Of a DNA stretch of 64,000 bases, positions 1 to 14,800 are shown piece after piece. The DNA is from the human T2T-CHM13v2.0 reference genome, Homo sapiens. A program made the position numbers and the translations under genes. Every line of letters begins with the position of its first letter. Position 1 is the stretch's first letter. Location of the stretch: NCBI RefSeq assembly GCF_009914755.1, contig NC_060940.1; one strand, written 5' to 3'. The notes beneath the pieces were generated by a model. That model ran no database searches. It saw only the letters and a list, made by a program, of their open reading frames with translations, and was not told the origin of the DNA.

Positions 1-1833
1 TCGAGTCTATTTATGTATTGTATTCGTGTCCACTTCATGATTCCATTCAATTCCATTTAATGTTGATTCCATTTGATTCCATTTGATGATTCAGTTCGAT
101 TCCTTGCAATGATTCCCTACGATTCCTTTCTATGATGATTCCATTCGATTCCATTCATTGATGATTTCATTCGACTCCATTCGATGATGATTCCTTTCGA
201 TTCCATTTGACGATGTTTCCATTCGAGTCCATTCGATGATGATTCTATTCAATTCTGTTCTATTATGATTCCATTCGATTTCATTCAATGCTTCTATTTG
301 ATTCCATTCGATGATGATTCCATCTCTTTCCCTTCGATGATTCCATTTGATTCCATTCAGTGATGATTCCATTTGATTCCATCTGATGATGATTTCACTT
401 GATTCCTTTCAATGATGATTCAATTCAAGTCCATTCGATGATTCCATTGGAGTCCAAACGATCATTCCGTTCGATTCCATTCAATGGTGATTCCATTCAT
501 GTCCATTCGATGAATCCATTCAATTCCATTCGATGATGACTCCATTCGAGTACATTCGATGATTCCATTTGATTCCATTGGAAGATGATTCCATTCAATT
601 CCATTCGAAGATGATTCCATTCAATTCCATTCGATGATGATTCCGTATGAATCCATTCTCTGATTATTCCATTCGATTCCATTCATTGACGATTCCATTC
701 AATTCCATTCAATGATGATTCTCTTCTATTCCATTCGATGATTCCGGTCGATGCCATTCGATGATGATTCCATTAGATTCCATTCGATTGTTGCATTCGA
801 TTCCCTTCGATGATGATTCCTTTGAATTCCATTCGATTATCATTCCGTATGAATCCATTTGATGATTATTCCATTGGATTCCTTTCGATGATGATTCCAT
901 TCGATTCCATTTGATGATGTTTCTCTTGTATTCCATTGGATAATTCCTTTCAGTTCCCTTCGATGATTATTCTTTCGAGTCAATTCGATGATTCTATTCC
1001 ATTCCCTTCGATGATGATTCCATTTCACTCCATTTGATGATTCCATTCGACTCAATTTGGTGATGATTCAATTCGATGACATTCGATGACTCCATTCAAT
1101 TTCATTTGATGATGATTACATTCGAGTCCATTTGATGATTGTATTCCTTTCCTTTTGATGATTATTCCATTCGTGTCTATTCAAAGGTTCCATTCTATTC
1201 CATTCAATGATGATTGCATTTGATTCCATTCAATGATTATGGCTATCGATTCCACTCGTTGATTCCATTTGATTCCGTTCGATGATTATTCTGTTAGATT
1301 CCATTAGAAGATTCCATTCGATTTTATTCAATGATTCCAATGGATTCCATTCAATGATGATTCCATTCGACTCCATTCAGTGATTCCATTCGAGTCCATT
1401 TGATGATTCCATTCTTTTCCATTTGATGATGATTCCATTAGGGTCCATTCAATGATTCCATTCGAGTCCATTCGTTAATGCCTTTCGAGTCCTTTTGATC
1501 ACTACATTCGAGTCCATTCAATGATTCTATTCGATTCCATTCCATGATGATTCCATTCGAGTTCATTCGATGATTGCATTCGAGTCCATTTGATGATTCC
1601 ATATGATTCCCTTCGACAATGATTCCATTCGTGTCCATTTGATGATTCCATTCATTTCCTATCGATGAAGATTCCATTCAAGTGTATTCGATGATTCCAT
1701 TCAAATCCATTCGATGATGATTCCATTCCAGTCCATTCGATCATTCCACTTGATTCCATTTGATGACTATTCCATTCAAATCCATTTGATGATTCCATTC
1801 GATTCCATTCGATGTTACCATTCGAGTATATAC
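1..1833 (+). repeat. Diverged HSat2 segment 'X', copy 1 (may extend left of the window)
   Basis: Distinctive words (TATTTATGTATT, TTGCAATGATTCCCTACG, TATGGCTATCG, GATCACTACATT, GAGTATATACG) that I did not see in the 6.1 kb unit. They recur at 9984 and 33846. Confidence 0.88.
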
Positions 1834-4800
1834 GATGATTCCACTCGATTCCATTTGATGATTATTCCATTGGAGTCCACTTAGTGAATCCTTTAGATTC
1901 TACTCGAAGATGATTCCATTCGAGTCCATTCGATGATACCATTCAATTCCATTCGTTGATGCTTCCATTCAAGTGCATTCGATGATATCATTCGATTCCA
2001 TTTGATGATAATTCCATTTGATTCCATGCGATGATTCTATTCGATTCCATTCAATGATAATTCCATTCAATTCAGTGATTCCTCTGGACTCCATTTGATG
2101 ATGATTCCATTCAATGATTCCATTCGATTCTATTCGAAAATGATTCCATTTGAATCCATTTGATGATGATTCCATTGGATTCCATTTGATGATTCCATTC
2201 GATTCCATTCGATGATGATTCCATTCGATTCCTTTTGATGAATCCATTCTATTGTATTCGATGATGATTCCATTCGATTCCATTCGATGATGATTGGATT
2301 CGATTCCATTTGATGATTTCATTTGATTCCATTCGATAATGATTTCGATCAATTCCATTCGATGATTCCATTCGATTCCATTCGATAATGATTACATCCG
2401 AGTCCATTCGATGATTCCATTTGAGCCCGTTCGATAATTCCATTTGAGTCCAACCAATGATTCCATTCATTTCCATTCAATGATTCCATTCGAGTCCATT
2501 TGATCATTCCGGTAGGGTCCGTTCGATGTTGATTCCATTGGAGTGCATTCGATGATTCCATTCGAGTCCATTTTAGGATTTGATTCGAGTCCTTTCGATG
2601 ATTCCATTCGATTCCACTCGATGATTTCATTCGAGTCCATTCGACACTTCCAATCGATTCCATTTGATGTTTCCATTCGATTCCAATTGATGATTCCATT
2701 CAATTCCATTCGATGATGATTCCGTACGATTCCATTCTGTGATGATTCCATGTGATTGCATTCAATGATGATTCCTTTCGATTGCATTCGATTATGATTC
2801 ATTTCGTGTTCATTCTATGGTTCCACAGGTTTCCATTCGATGATGTTTCCATTCGTGTCCATTCCATTATTCCATTCTATTCCATTTGAAGATGATTCCA
2901 TTCGATTCCATTCATTGGTGATTCCACTCAATTCCATTCAATGATTCCATTCCATTTCTTTCAACAATGATTCCATTAGTTTCTATTCGATGATCCACTT
3001 GATTCCATTTGGCGATGATTCCATTCGTGTCCATTCGATGATTCCATTTGATTCCATATGATGATGATTCCATTCGATTCCATACCATGATGATTCCATT
3101 CGAGTCCATTCAATGGTGATTCCATTCAATTCCATTCGATGATTCCTTTCGATTCCATTCAATGATGATGGCATTCGATTCCTTTCGATCATTCCCTTTG
3201 ATTCCATTCAAAGGTGATTTCATTCAAGTCCATTCGATAATTGCATTCGATTCCATTCTATGATGATTCCATTCGAGTCCATTTGATGATTCCATTCAAT
3301 TCAAGTCAATGATGATTCCATTCGATTCCACTCGATGATTCCATTGGATTCCATTCGATGATGATTCCATTCAAATCCATTCGATAATTCAATTCAAGTC
3401 CATTCGATGATGATTCCAATCGAATCCATTCAAAGATTCCACTCAATTCCATTCGATGATGATTCCCTTAGATTCCATTCGATGATTCCACTTGATTCCA
3501 TTTACGATGATTCCATTCGATTCCATGTGATGATTCCATTCAATTCTATTCAATGATGTTTCCACTTGATTCCATTCGAACATGATTGCCTTTGATTCCA
3601 TTCAATGATTCCATACGGTTCCATTTGATGATGATTCCATTCGAGTGCATTAGATGATTCCATTCGAGTCCATTCGATGATTCCATTCGATTCCATTCGA
3701 TGTTGATTCTGTTCAAATCCATTCGATGATTCCACTCGATTCCATTCGATGACTCCATTTGATCCCATTCGATGATTTCCTTTGATTCCCTTTGATGATC
3801 ATTCCATTTGATTCAATTCGGTGATTTCATTTGATACCATTCAGTGATGTTTCCATTCAACTCCTTTCGATGATGATTCCATTCGACTCCATTCGATTAT
3901 GATTTCATTCAATTCCATTCGATAATGATTCCCTTCAAGTCCATTCGATGATTCCATTCGATTCCATTCAACGATGATTTGATTCGTGTCCATTCGATGA
4001 TTCCATTTGATTCCATTTGATGATGATTCCATTCGAGTCCCTTTGATGATTCCATTCAATTCCATTCTCCGATGATTTCTTTTGAGCCCATTCAATGCTT
4101 CCACTCGATTCCATATGATGATGACTCCATTTGATGAAATTCCATGATGATTCCATTCGCTTGCATTCGATGATGATTCCACTTGAGTCCGTTAGAAGAT
4201 TCTATTCAATTACATTCCATGACGATTCTGTTCGAGTCCATTTGATGATTCCATTAGACTCCATTCGACGATGATTCCATTCGATGTTATTCGATGATGA
4301 TTCCATTCAACTCCATTCGATGTTTCCATTCGAGTTCATTCTATTATTCCATTAGATTCCATTCGATGATGATTCCATTCGATTCCATTTGATGATTGCA
4401 TTCTATTTCATTTGATGATGATTCCATTCGAGTCCATTCGATGATTCCATTCGAGTCCATTTAATGAATCCATTGGTTTCAATTCTATGATGATTACATT
4501 GGATTCCATTCGTTGATGATTTCATTCGATTCCATTCAATGATGATTCCATTCAATTCCATTCAATGATTCCATTCAATTCCATACGATGATGATTCCAT
4601 TTGATTTGATTCGACAGTGAGCCATTCGATTCAATTCCATGATGATTCTATTTGATTCAATTGGTTGACATTTCCATTCGATTCCATTCGATGATGATTC
4701 CATTTGATTCCATTCAAAGATGATTCCATTCTAGCCCATTCAATCATTCCATTCGATTCTATTCAATGATGATTCCATTCATGTCGATTTGGTGATTCCA

Positions 4801-7686
4801 TTTGACTTCATTTGATGATGATTCCTTTCAAGTTCATTAGATGATTCCATTCGATTCCATTTGATGATGATCCCATTCGAGTCCATTCAGTGATTCCACT
4901 CGTTTCCATTCCATGATGATTCCATTCCATTCCATTCAATGATTCCATTCGATTCCGTTTGATGATGATTTCATTCGAGTCCATTTGATGATTCCATTTG
5001 ATTCCATTCGATGATGATTACATTCGAGTCCATACGATGATTCCACTCAATTCCATATGATGATGATTCCATTCGATTCCATTCGATGATTCCATTCTAT
5101 TCTATTCAATGGTGATTCCATTCGAGTACATTAGATGATTCCATTCGATTCCATTCAATGATGATTCTATTTGTGTCCCTTAGATGGTTCCACATGATTC
5201 CATTTCATGATGATACTATTTGAGCCCATCCAATGATTCCCTTCGATTCCATTCGATGAGGATTCCATTCGATTCAATTCATTGGTGATTCTATTCAATT
5301 CAATTCTTTGATTCCATTCCATTCCATTCGACAATGATTCCATTCGATTTCTTTCGATGATTCCACTCGATTCCACTTGACATTGATTCCATTCGATTCC
5401 ATTCAATGATTCCGTTTGATTCCAGTGGATGATGATTGCCATCGATTCCATTCGATCACTCCATTCTATTCCATTTGATGATGATTACATTCGATTCCAT
5501 TTGATGATTCCATCTGATTCTATTCGAGGATTCCATTTGATTCCATTCGATGATGATTCCATTCGAGTGCATTCGATGATTTCATTCGAGTACATCCAAT
5601 GATTCCATTCGAGTCCATTTGATGATTCCATTTGATTCCATTTGATTATGATTCTACTAGAGTCCATTCAATGACTCCATTCGAATCCATTCTACAATTC
5701 CATTCGAGGCCATTCGATGATTCCATTTCATGATTCCATTCGAGTCCATTTAATCATTACAGTCGAGTCCATTTGGTGATTCCACTGGATTTCTTTTGAT
5801 AATGATACCATTCAATTACATTTGATGATGATCCCATTCAATTTCATTTGATGGTGATTCCATTAGAGTCCATTCGATGATTTCATTCGAGTCCCTTCAT
5901 TGATTCCATCCGATTTCATTGGATGATGACTCCATTCGAGTCCATTCGATGATTCCACTCGATTCCATTAGATGATTCCATTGGAGTCCATTTCATTGTT
6001 CCATTCGATTCTATTCGATTCCTTTCGAAGATTATTCCATTTGAGTCCATTCGATGATGATTCCATTCCATTCCATTCGATGATTCCGTTTGATTCCATT
6101 CGATGATTCCCTTCGATTCCTTTCTTTGATGATTCCATTCCATTCCATTCAATGATTCCATTCGAATCTATTCCATGATGATTCCTTTCGATTCCATTCG
6201 CTGATGTTTCCGTTCAATTCCATTCGATGATGATTCCATTCGATTCCATTCATTGAGGATTCCATTTGATTCCATTCAATGATGATTCCATTCTATTCCA
6301 TTCAATGATTGCATTCAATTCCATTCAATGATTATCCCCTTAGAGTAAACTCAACGATTCCATTCAATACCATTCGATGATGATTCCTTTTGAGTCCATT
6401 CAATGATTTCATTCAAGTCCATTTGATGATTCCTTTCAATTCCATTCTATGATGATTCCATTCGAGTCCATTCGATGATTCCATTCGATTGCATTCGATG
6501 ATTCCATTATATTCCATTCAACGATGATTCCATTCGAGTCCATTCGATGATTCCATTAGAGTACATTTAATGATTGCTTTGTTTTCAATTCGAAGATGAT
6601 TACATTGGATTCCATTCTATGATACCATTCGATTCCATTCAATGATGATTCCACTCAAATCCATTGGATGATTCCATTCGTGTCCATTCGGTGATTTCAT
6701 TAGATTCCATTCGAGGATGATTCCATTCGATTCCATTCGATGATTCCATTCAATTCCATTCGATGATGATTCCATTCCAGTCCATATGATCATTCCATTT
6801 GATTTCATTCGATGATGATTCCATTCGATTCCATTCGATGATTCCATTCGATTCCATTCGATGATGCTTCCACTCGAGTCCATTCGATGATTCCATTCGA
6901 GTCCATTTAATGATTCCATTGGGTTCAATTCAATGATGATTACATTGGATTCCGTTCTATGATTCCATTCAATTCCGTTCATTGACAATTTGATTCCATT
7001 CGATGATGATTCCATTTGAGTTCATTCGATGATTCTATTCGATTCTCTTCGATGGTGATTCAATTCTATTATATTGGATGATTCCATTCGATTCCATTTG
7101 ATGTTGATTCAATTCGATTCTATTCGATGATGATTCCATTGGATTTCACTTGATGATTCTATTCGATTCCATTCAATGATGATTCACTTCTCGTCCATTG
7201 GATGATTCCATTTCATTCCATTCGATGATGATTCCATTCGATTCCATTCGATGATTCCATTTGATTCCATGCGTCGGTGAGCAATTCGATTCAATTCCAT
7301 GATGATTCTATTTGATTCAATTAGATGATGTTTCCATTCGAATCCATTCCATGATTATTCCATTGGAATCCATTCGGCGATGATTCCATATGAGTCAATT
7401 CAATGATGATTCCATAAGGGTCCGTTCGATGATAATTCCATTTGATTTCATTCGGTGCTTCTATTCAATTCCAGTCGATGATGATTCCGTTGGAGTCCAT
7501 ACGATGATTCCATTTGATTTCATTTGATGATGATTCCATTCGATGATGATTACATTGGATTCCATTCTATGATTCCATTCAATTCCATTCGTTGATGATT
7601 CGATTCCATTCAATGATGATTCCATTTGAGTTCATTCGATGATTCTATTCGATTCCGTTCGATGGTGATTCAATTCTCTTATATTG
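1834..7686 (+). repeat. 6.1 kb-type unit, deleted variant (5853 bp)
   Basis: Landmarks CCACTTAGTG at 1877 and 7730 and GGTAGGGTCC at 2511 and 8364 are both 5853 apart. Relative to 17673-23784 it lacks about 72, 23, 170 and 10 bp. Confidence 0.85.
7313..7323 (-). promoter_or_regulatory. Candidate DUX4 double-homeodomain site TAATTGAATCA (recurs at 17299, 23411, 33230, 40771, 43656, 53281, 59382)
   Basis: + strand TGATTCAATTA, whose reverse complement fits the consensus TAAYBBAATCA. DUX4 is known to bind and activate HSATII. Occupancy of these particular sites cannot be seen from sequence. Confidence 0.45.
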
Positions 7687-9983
7687 GATGAATCCACTCG
7701 ATTCCATTTGATGATTATTCCATTGGAGTCCACTTAGTGAATCCTTCAGATTCTACTCGAAGATGATTCCATTCAAGTCCATTCGATGATACCATTCAAT
7801 TCCATTCGTTGATGCTTCCATTCAAGTGCATTCGATGATATCATTCGATTCCATTTGATGATAATTCCATTTGATTCCATGCGATGATTCTATTCGATTC
7901 CATTCAATGATAATTCCATTCAGTTCAGTGATTCCTCTGGACTCCATTTGATGATGATTCCATTCAATGATTCCATTCGATTCTATTCGAAAATGATTCC
8001 ATTTGAATCCATTTGATGATGATTCCATTAGATTCCATTTGATGATTCCATTCGATTCCATGCGACGATGATTCCATTCGATTCCATGTGATGATTCCAT
8101 TCTATTCTATTCGATGATGATTCCATTCGATTCCATTCGATGATGATTGGATTCGATTCCATTTGATGATTTCATTTGATTCCATTCGTTAATGATTTCG
8201 ATCAATTCCATTCGATGATTCCATTCGATTCCATTCGATAATGATTACATCCGTGTCCATTCAGTGATTCCATTTGAGCCTGTTCGATAATTCCATTTGA
8301 GTCCAACCAATGATTCCATTCATTTCCATTCAATGATTCCATTCGAGTCCATTTGATCATTCCGGTAGGGTCCATTCGATGTTGATTCCATTGGAGTGCA
8401 TTCGATGATTCCATTCGAGTCCATTTTATGATTTGATTCGAGTCCTTTTGATGATTCCATTCGATTCCACTCGATGATGATTTCATTCGAGTCCATTCGA
8501 CACTTCCAATCGATTCCATTTGATGTTTCCATTCGAGTCCAATTGATGATTCCATTCAATTCCATTCGATGATGATTCCGTACGATTCCATTCTGTGATG
8601 ATTCCATGTGATTGCATTCAATGATGATTCCTTTCGATTGCATTCGATTATGATTCATTTCGTGTTCATTCTATGGTTCCACAGGTTTCCATTCGATGAC
8701 GTTTCCGTTCGTGTCCATTCCATTATTCCATTCTATTTCATTTGATGATGATTCCATTCGATTCCATTCATTGGTGATTCCACTCAATTCCATTCAATGA
8801 TTCCATTCCATTTCTTTCAACAATGATTCCATTAGTTTCTATTCGATGATCCACTTGATTCCATTTGGCGATGATTCCATTCGTGTCCATTCGATGATTC
8901 CATTTGATTCCATATGATGATGATTCCATTCGATTCCATACGATGATGATTCCATTCGAGTCCATTCAATGGTGATTCCATTCAATTCCATTCGATGATT
9001 CCTTCCGATTCCATTCGATGATGATGGCATTCGATTCCTTTCAATCATTCCCTTTGATTCCATTCAAAGGTGATTTCATTCAAGTCCATTCGATAATTGC
9101 ATTCGATTCCATTCTATGATGATTCCATTCGAGTCCATTTGATGATTCCATTCAATTCAAGTCAATGATGATTCCATTCAATTCCACTCGATGATTCCAT
9201 TGGATTCCATTCGATGATGATTCCATTCAAATCCATTCGATAATTCAATTCAAGTCCATTCGATGATGATTCCAATCGAATCCATTCAAAGATTCCATTC
9301 AATTCCATTCGATGATGATTCCCTTAGATTCCATTCGATGATTCCACTTGATTCCATTTACGATGATTCCATTCGATTCCATGTGATGATTCCATTCAAT
9401 TCTATTCAATGATGTTTCCATTTGATTCCATTCGACCATGATTGCCTTTGATTCCATTCAATGATTCCATTCGGTTCCATTTGATGATGATTCCGTTCGA
9501 TTCCATTTCATTATTCCATTTGATTCCATTGGATGAGTCCATTCGATTACATTCGATGATTATTCCATTCGAGTGCATTAGATGATTCCATTCGAGTCCA
9601 TTCGATGATTCCATTCGATTCCATTCGATGTTGATTCTGTTCAAATCCATTCGATGATTCCACTCGATTCCATTCGATGACTCCATTTGATCCCATTCGA
9701 TGATTTCCTGTGATTCCCTTTGATGATCATTCTATTTGATTCAATTCGGTGATTTCATTTCATTCCATTCAGTGATGTTTCCATTCGACTGTATTCGATG
9801 ATGATTCCATTCGACTCCATTCGATTATGATTTCATTCAATTCCATTCAATAATGATTCCCTTCGAGTCCATTCGATGATTCCATTCGATTCCATTCAAC
9901 GATGATTTGATTCGTTTCCATTCGATGATTCCATTTGATTCCACTTGTTGATGATTCCATTCGAGTCCATTTGATGATTCCAT
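7687..9983 (+). repeat. Truncated 6.1 kb-type unit (~2.3 kb) joined to segment X
   Basis: Follows the unit order up to ...GAGTCCATTTGATGATTCCATTC, then switches to segment X at 9984 instead of continuing to CATTCTCCGATG. Confidence 0.85.
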
Positions 9984-11816
9984 TCGAGTCTATTTATGTA
10001 TTATATTCGTGTCCACTTCATGATTCCATTCAATTCCATTTAATGTTGATTCCATTTGATTCCATTTGATGATTCAGTTCGATTCCTTGCAATGATTCCC
10101 TACGATTCCTTTCTATGATGATTCCATTCGATTCCATTCATTGATGATTTCATTCGACTCCATTCGATGATGATTCCTTTCGATTCCATTTGACGATGTT
10201 TCCATTCGAGTCCATTCGATGATGATTCTATTCAATTCTGTTCTATTATGATTCCATTCGATTTCATTCAATGCTTCTATTTGATTCCATTCGATGATGA
10301 TTCTATCTCTTTCCCTTCGATGATTCCATTTGATTCCATTCAGTGATGATTCCATTTGATTCCATCTGATGATGATTTCACTTGATTCCTTTCAATGATG
10401 ATTCAATTCAAGTCCATTCGATGATTCCATTGGAGTCCAAACGATCATTCCGTTCGATTCCATTCAATGGTGATTCCATTCATGTCCATTCGATGAATCC
10501 ATTCAATTCCATTCGATGATGACTCCATTCGAGTACATTCGATGATTCCATTTGATTCCATTTGAAGATGATTCCATTCAATTCCATTCGAAGATGATTC
10601 CATTCAATTCCATTCGATGATGATTCCGTATGAATCCATTCTCTGATTATTCCATTCGATTCCATTCATTGACGATTCCATTCAATTCCATTCAAAGATG
10701 ATTCTCTTCTATTCCATTCGATGATTCCGGTCGATTCCATTCGATGATGATTCCATTAGATTCCATTCGATTGTTGCATTCGATTCCCTTCGATGATGAT
10801 TCCTTTGAATTCCATTCGATTATCATTCCGTATGAATCCATTTGATGATTATTCCATTGGATTCCTTTCGATGATGATTCCATTCAATTCCATTTGATGA
10901 TGTTTCTCTTGTATTCCATTGGATAATTCCTTTCAGTTCCCTACGATGATTATTCTTTCGAGTCAATTCGATGATTCTATTCCATTCCCTTCGATGATGA
11001 TTCCATTTCACTCCATTTGATGATTCCATTCGACTCAATTTGGTGATGATTCAATTCGATGACATTCGATGACTCCATTCAATTTCATTTGATGATGATT
11101 ACATTCGAGTCCATTTGATGATTGTATTCCTTTCCTTTTGATGATTATTCCATTCGTGTCTATTCAAAGGTTCCATTCTATTCCATTCAATGATGATTGC
11201 ATTTGATTCCATTCAATGATTATGGCTATCGATTCCACTCGTTGATTCCATTTGATTCCGTTCGATGATTATTCCGTTAGATTCCATTAGAAGATTCCAT
11301 TCGATTTTATTCAATGATTCCAATGGATTCCATTCAATGATGATTCCATTCGACTCCATTCAGTGATTCCATTCGAGTCCATTTGATGATTCCATTCTTT
11401 TCCATTTGATGATGATTCCATTAGGGTCCATTCAATGATTCCATTCGAGTCCATTCGTTAATGCCTTTCGAGTCCTTTTGATCACTACATTCGAGTCCAT
11501 TCAGTGATTCTATTCGATTCCATTCCATGATGATTCCATTCGAGTTCATTCGATGATTGCATTCGAGTCCATTTGATGATTCCATATGATTCCCTTCGAC
11601 AATGATTCCATTCGTGTCCATTTGATGATTCCATTCATTTCCTATCGATGAAGATTCCATTCAAGTGTATTCGATGATTCCATTCAAATCCATTCGATGA
11701 TGATTCCATTCCAGTCCATTCGATGATTCCACTTGATTCCATTTGATGACTATTCCATTCAAATCCATTTGATGATTCCATTCGATTCCATTCGATGTTA
11801 CCATTCGAGTATATAC
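9984..11816 (+). repeat. Diverged HSat2 segment 'X', copy 2
   Basis: Near-identical to 1-1833 at offset 9983. ORF-track pairs 130/10113, 497/10480 and 1438/11421 show the same offset. Confidence 0.9.
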
Positions 11817-14800
11817 GATGATTCCACTCGATTCCATTTGATGATTATTCCATTGGAGTCCACTTAGTGAATCCTTTAGATTCTACTCGAAGATGATTCC
11901 ATTCGAGTCCATTCGATGATACCATTCAATTCCATTCGTTGATGCTTCCATTCAAGTGCATTCGATGATATCATTCGATTCCATTTGATGATAATTCCAT
12001 TTGATTCCATGCGATGATTCTATTCGATTCCATTCAATGATAATTCCATTCAATTCAGTGATTCCTCTGGACTCCATTTGATGATGATTCCATTCAATGA
12101 TTCCATTCGATTCTATTCGAAAATGATTCCATTTCAATCCATTTGATGATGATTCCATTGGATTCCATTTGATGATTCCATTCGATTCCATTCGATGATG
12201 ATTCCATTCGATTCCTTTTGATGATTCCATTCTATTGTATTCGATGATGATTCCATTCGATTCCATTCGATGATGATTGGATTCGATTCCATTTGATGAT
12301 TTCATTTGATTCCATTCGATAATGATTTCGATCAATTCCATTCGATGATTCCATTCGATTCCATTCGATAATGATTACATCCGAGTCCATTCGATGATTC
12401 CATTTGAGCCCGTTCGATAATTCCATTTGAGTCCAATCAATGATTCCATTCATTTCCATTCAATGATTCCATTCGAGTCCATTTGATCATTCCGGTAGGG
12501 TCCGTTCGATGTTGATTCCATTGGAGTGCATTCGATGATTCCATTCGAGTCCATTTTAGGATTTGATTCGAGTCCTTTCGATGATTCCATTCGATTCCAC
12601 TCGATGATGATTTCATTCGAGTCCATTGGACACTTCCAATCGATTCCATTTGATGTTTCCATTCGATTCCAATTGATGATTCCATTCAATTCCATTCGAT
12701 GATGATTCCGTATGATTCCATTCTGTGATGATTCCATGTGATTGCTTTCAATGATGATTCCTTTCGATTGCATTCGATTATGATTCATTTCGTGTTCATT
12801 CTATGGTTCCACAGGTTTCCATTCGATGATGTTTCCATTCGTGTCCATTCCATTATTCCATTCTATTCCATTTGAAGATGATTCCATTCGATTCCATTCA
12901 TTGGTGATTCCACTCAATTCCATTCAATGATTCCATTCCATTTCTTTCAACAATGATTCCATTAGTTTCTATTCGATGATCCACTTGATTCCATTTGACG
13001 ATGATTCCATTCGTGTCCATTCGATGATTCCATTTGATTCCATATGATGATGATTCCATTCGATTCCATACGATGATGATTCCATTCGAGTCCATTCAAT
13101 GGTGATTCCATTCAATTCCATTCGATGATTCCTTCCGATTCCATTCCATGATGATGGCATTCGATTCCTTTCGATCATTCCCTTTGATTCCATTCAAAGG
13201 TGATTTCATTCAAGTCCATTCGATAATTGCATTCGATTCCATTCTATGATGATTCCATTCGAGTCCATTTGATGATTCCATTCAATTCAAGTCAATGATG
13301 ATTCCATTCGATTCCACTCGATGATTCCATTGGATTCCATTCGATGATGATTCCATTCAAATCCATTCGATAATTCAATTCAAGTCCATTCGATGATGAT
13401 TCCAATCGAATCCATTCAAAGATTCCACTCAATTCCATTCGATGATGATTCCCTTAGATTCCATTCGATGATTCCACTTGATTCCATTTACGATGATTCC
13501 ATTCGATTCCATGTGATGATTCCATTCAATTCTATTCAATGATGTTTCCACTTGATTCCATTCGAACATGATTGCCTTTGATTCCATTCAATGATTCCAT
13601 ACGGTTCCATTTGATGATGATTCCATTCGAGTGCATTAGATGATTCCATTCGAGTCCATTCGATGATTCCATTCGATTCCATTCGATGTTGATTCTGTTC
13701 AAATCCATTCGATGATTCCACTCGATTCCATTCGATGACTCCATTTGATCCCATTCGATGATTTCCTTTGATTCCCTTTGATGATCATTCCATTTGATTC
13801 AATTCGGTGATTTCATTTGATTCCATTCAGTGATGTTTCCATTCAACTCCTTTCGATGATGATTCCATTCGACTCCATTCGATTATGATTTCATTCAATT
13901 CCATTCGATAATGATTCCCTTCAAGTCCATTCGATGATTCCATTCGATTCCATTCAACGATGATTTGATTCGTGTCCATTCGATGATTCCATTTGATTCC
14001 ATTTGATGATGATTCCATTCGAGTCCCTTTGATGATTCCATTCAATTCCATTCTCCGATGATTTCTTTTGAGCCCATTCAATGCTTCCACTCGATTCCAT
14101 ATGATGATGACTCCATTTGATGAAATTCCATGATGATTCCATTCGCTTGCATTCGATGATGATTCCACTTGAGTCCGTTAGAAGATTCTATTCAATTACA
14201 TTCCATGACGATTCTGTTCGAGTCCATTTGATGATTCCATTAGACTCCATTCGACGATGATTCCATTCGATGTTATTCGATGATGATTCCATTCAACTCC
14301 ATTCGATGTTTCCATTCGAGTTCATTCTATTATTCCATTAGATTCCATTCGATGATGATTCCATTCGATTCCATTTGATGATTGCATTCTATTTCATTTG
14401 ATGATGATTCCATTCGAGTCCATTCGATGATTCCATTCGAGTCCATTTAATGAATCCATTGGTTTCAATTCTATGATGATTACATTGGATTCCATTCGTT
14501 GATGATTTCATTCGATTCCATTCAATGATGATTCCATTCAATTCCATTCAATGATTCCATTCAATTCCATACGATGATGATTCCATTTGATTTGATTCGA
14601 CAGTGAGCCATTCGATTCAATTCCATGATGATTCTATTTGATTCAATTGGTTGACATTTCCATTCGATTCCATTCGATGATGATTCCATTTGATTCCATT
14701 CAAAGATGATTCCATTCTAGCCCATTCAATCATTCCATTCGATTCTATTCAATGATGATTCCATTCATGTCGATTTGGTGATTCCATTTGACTTCATTTG

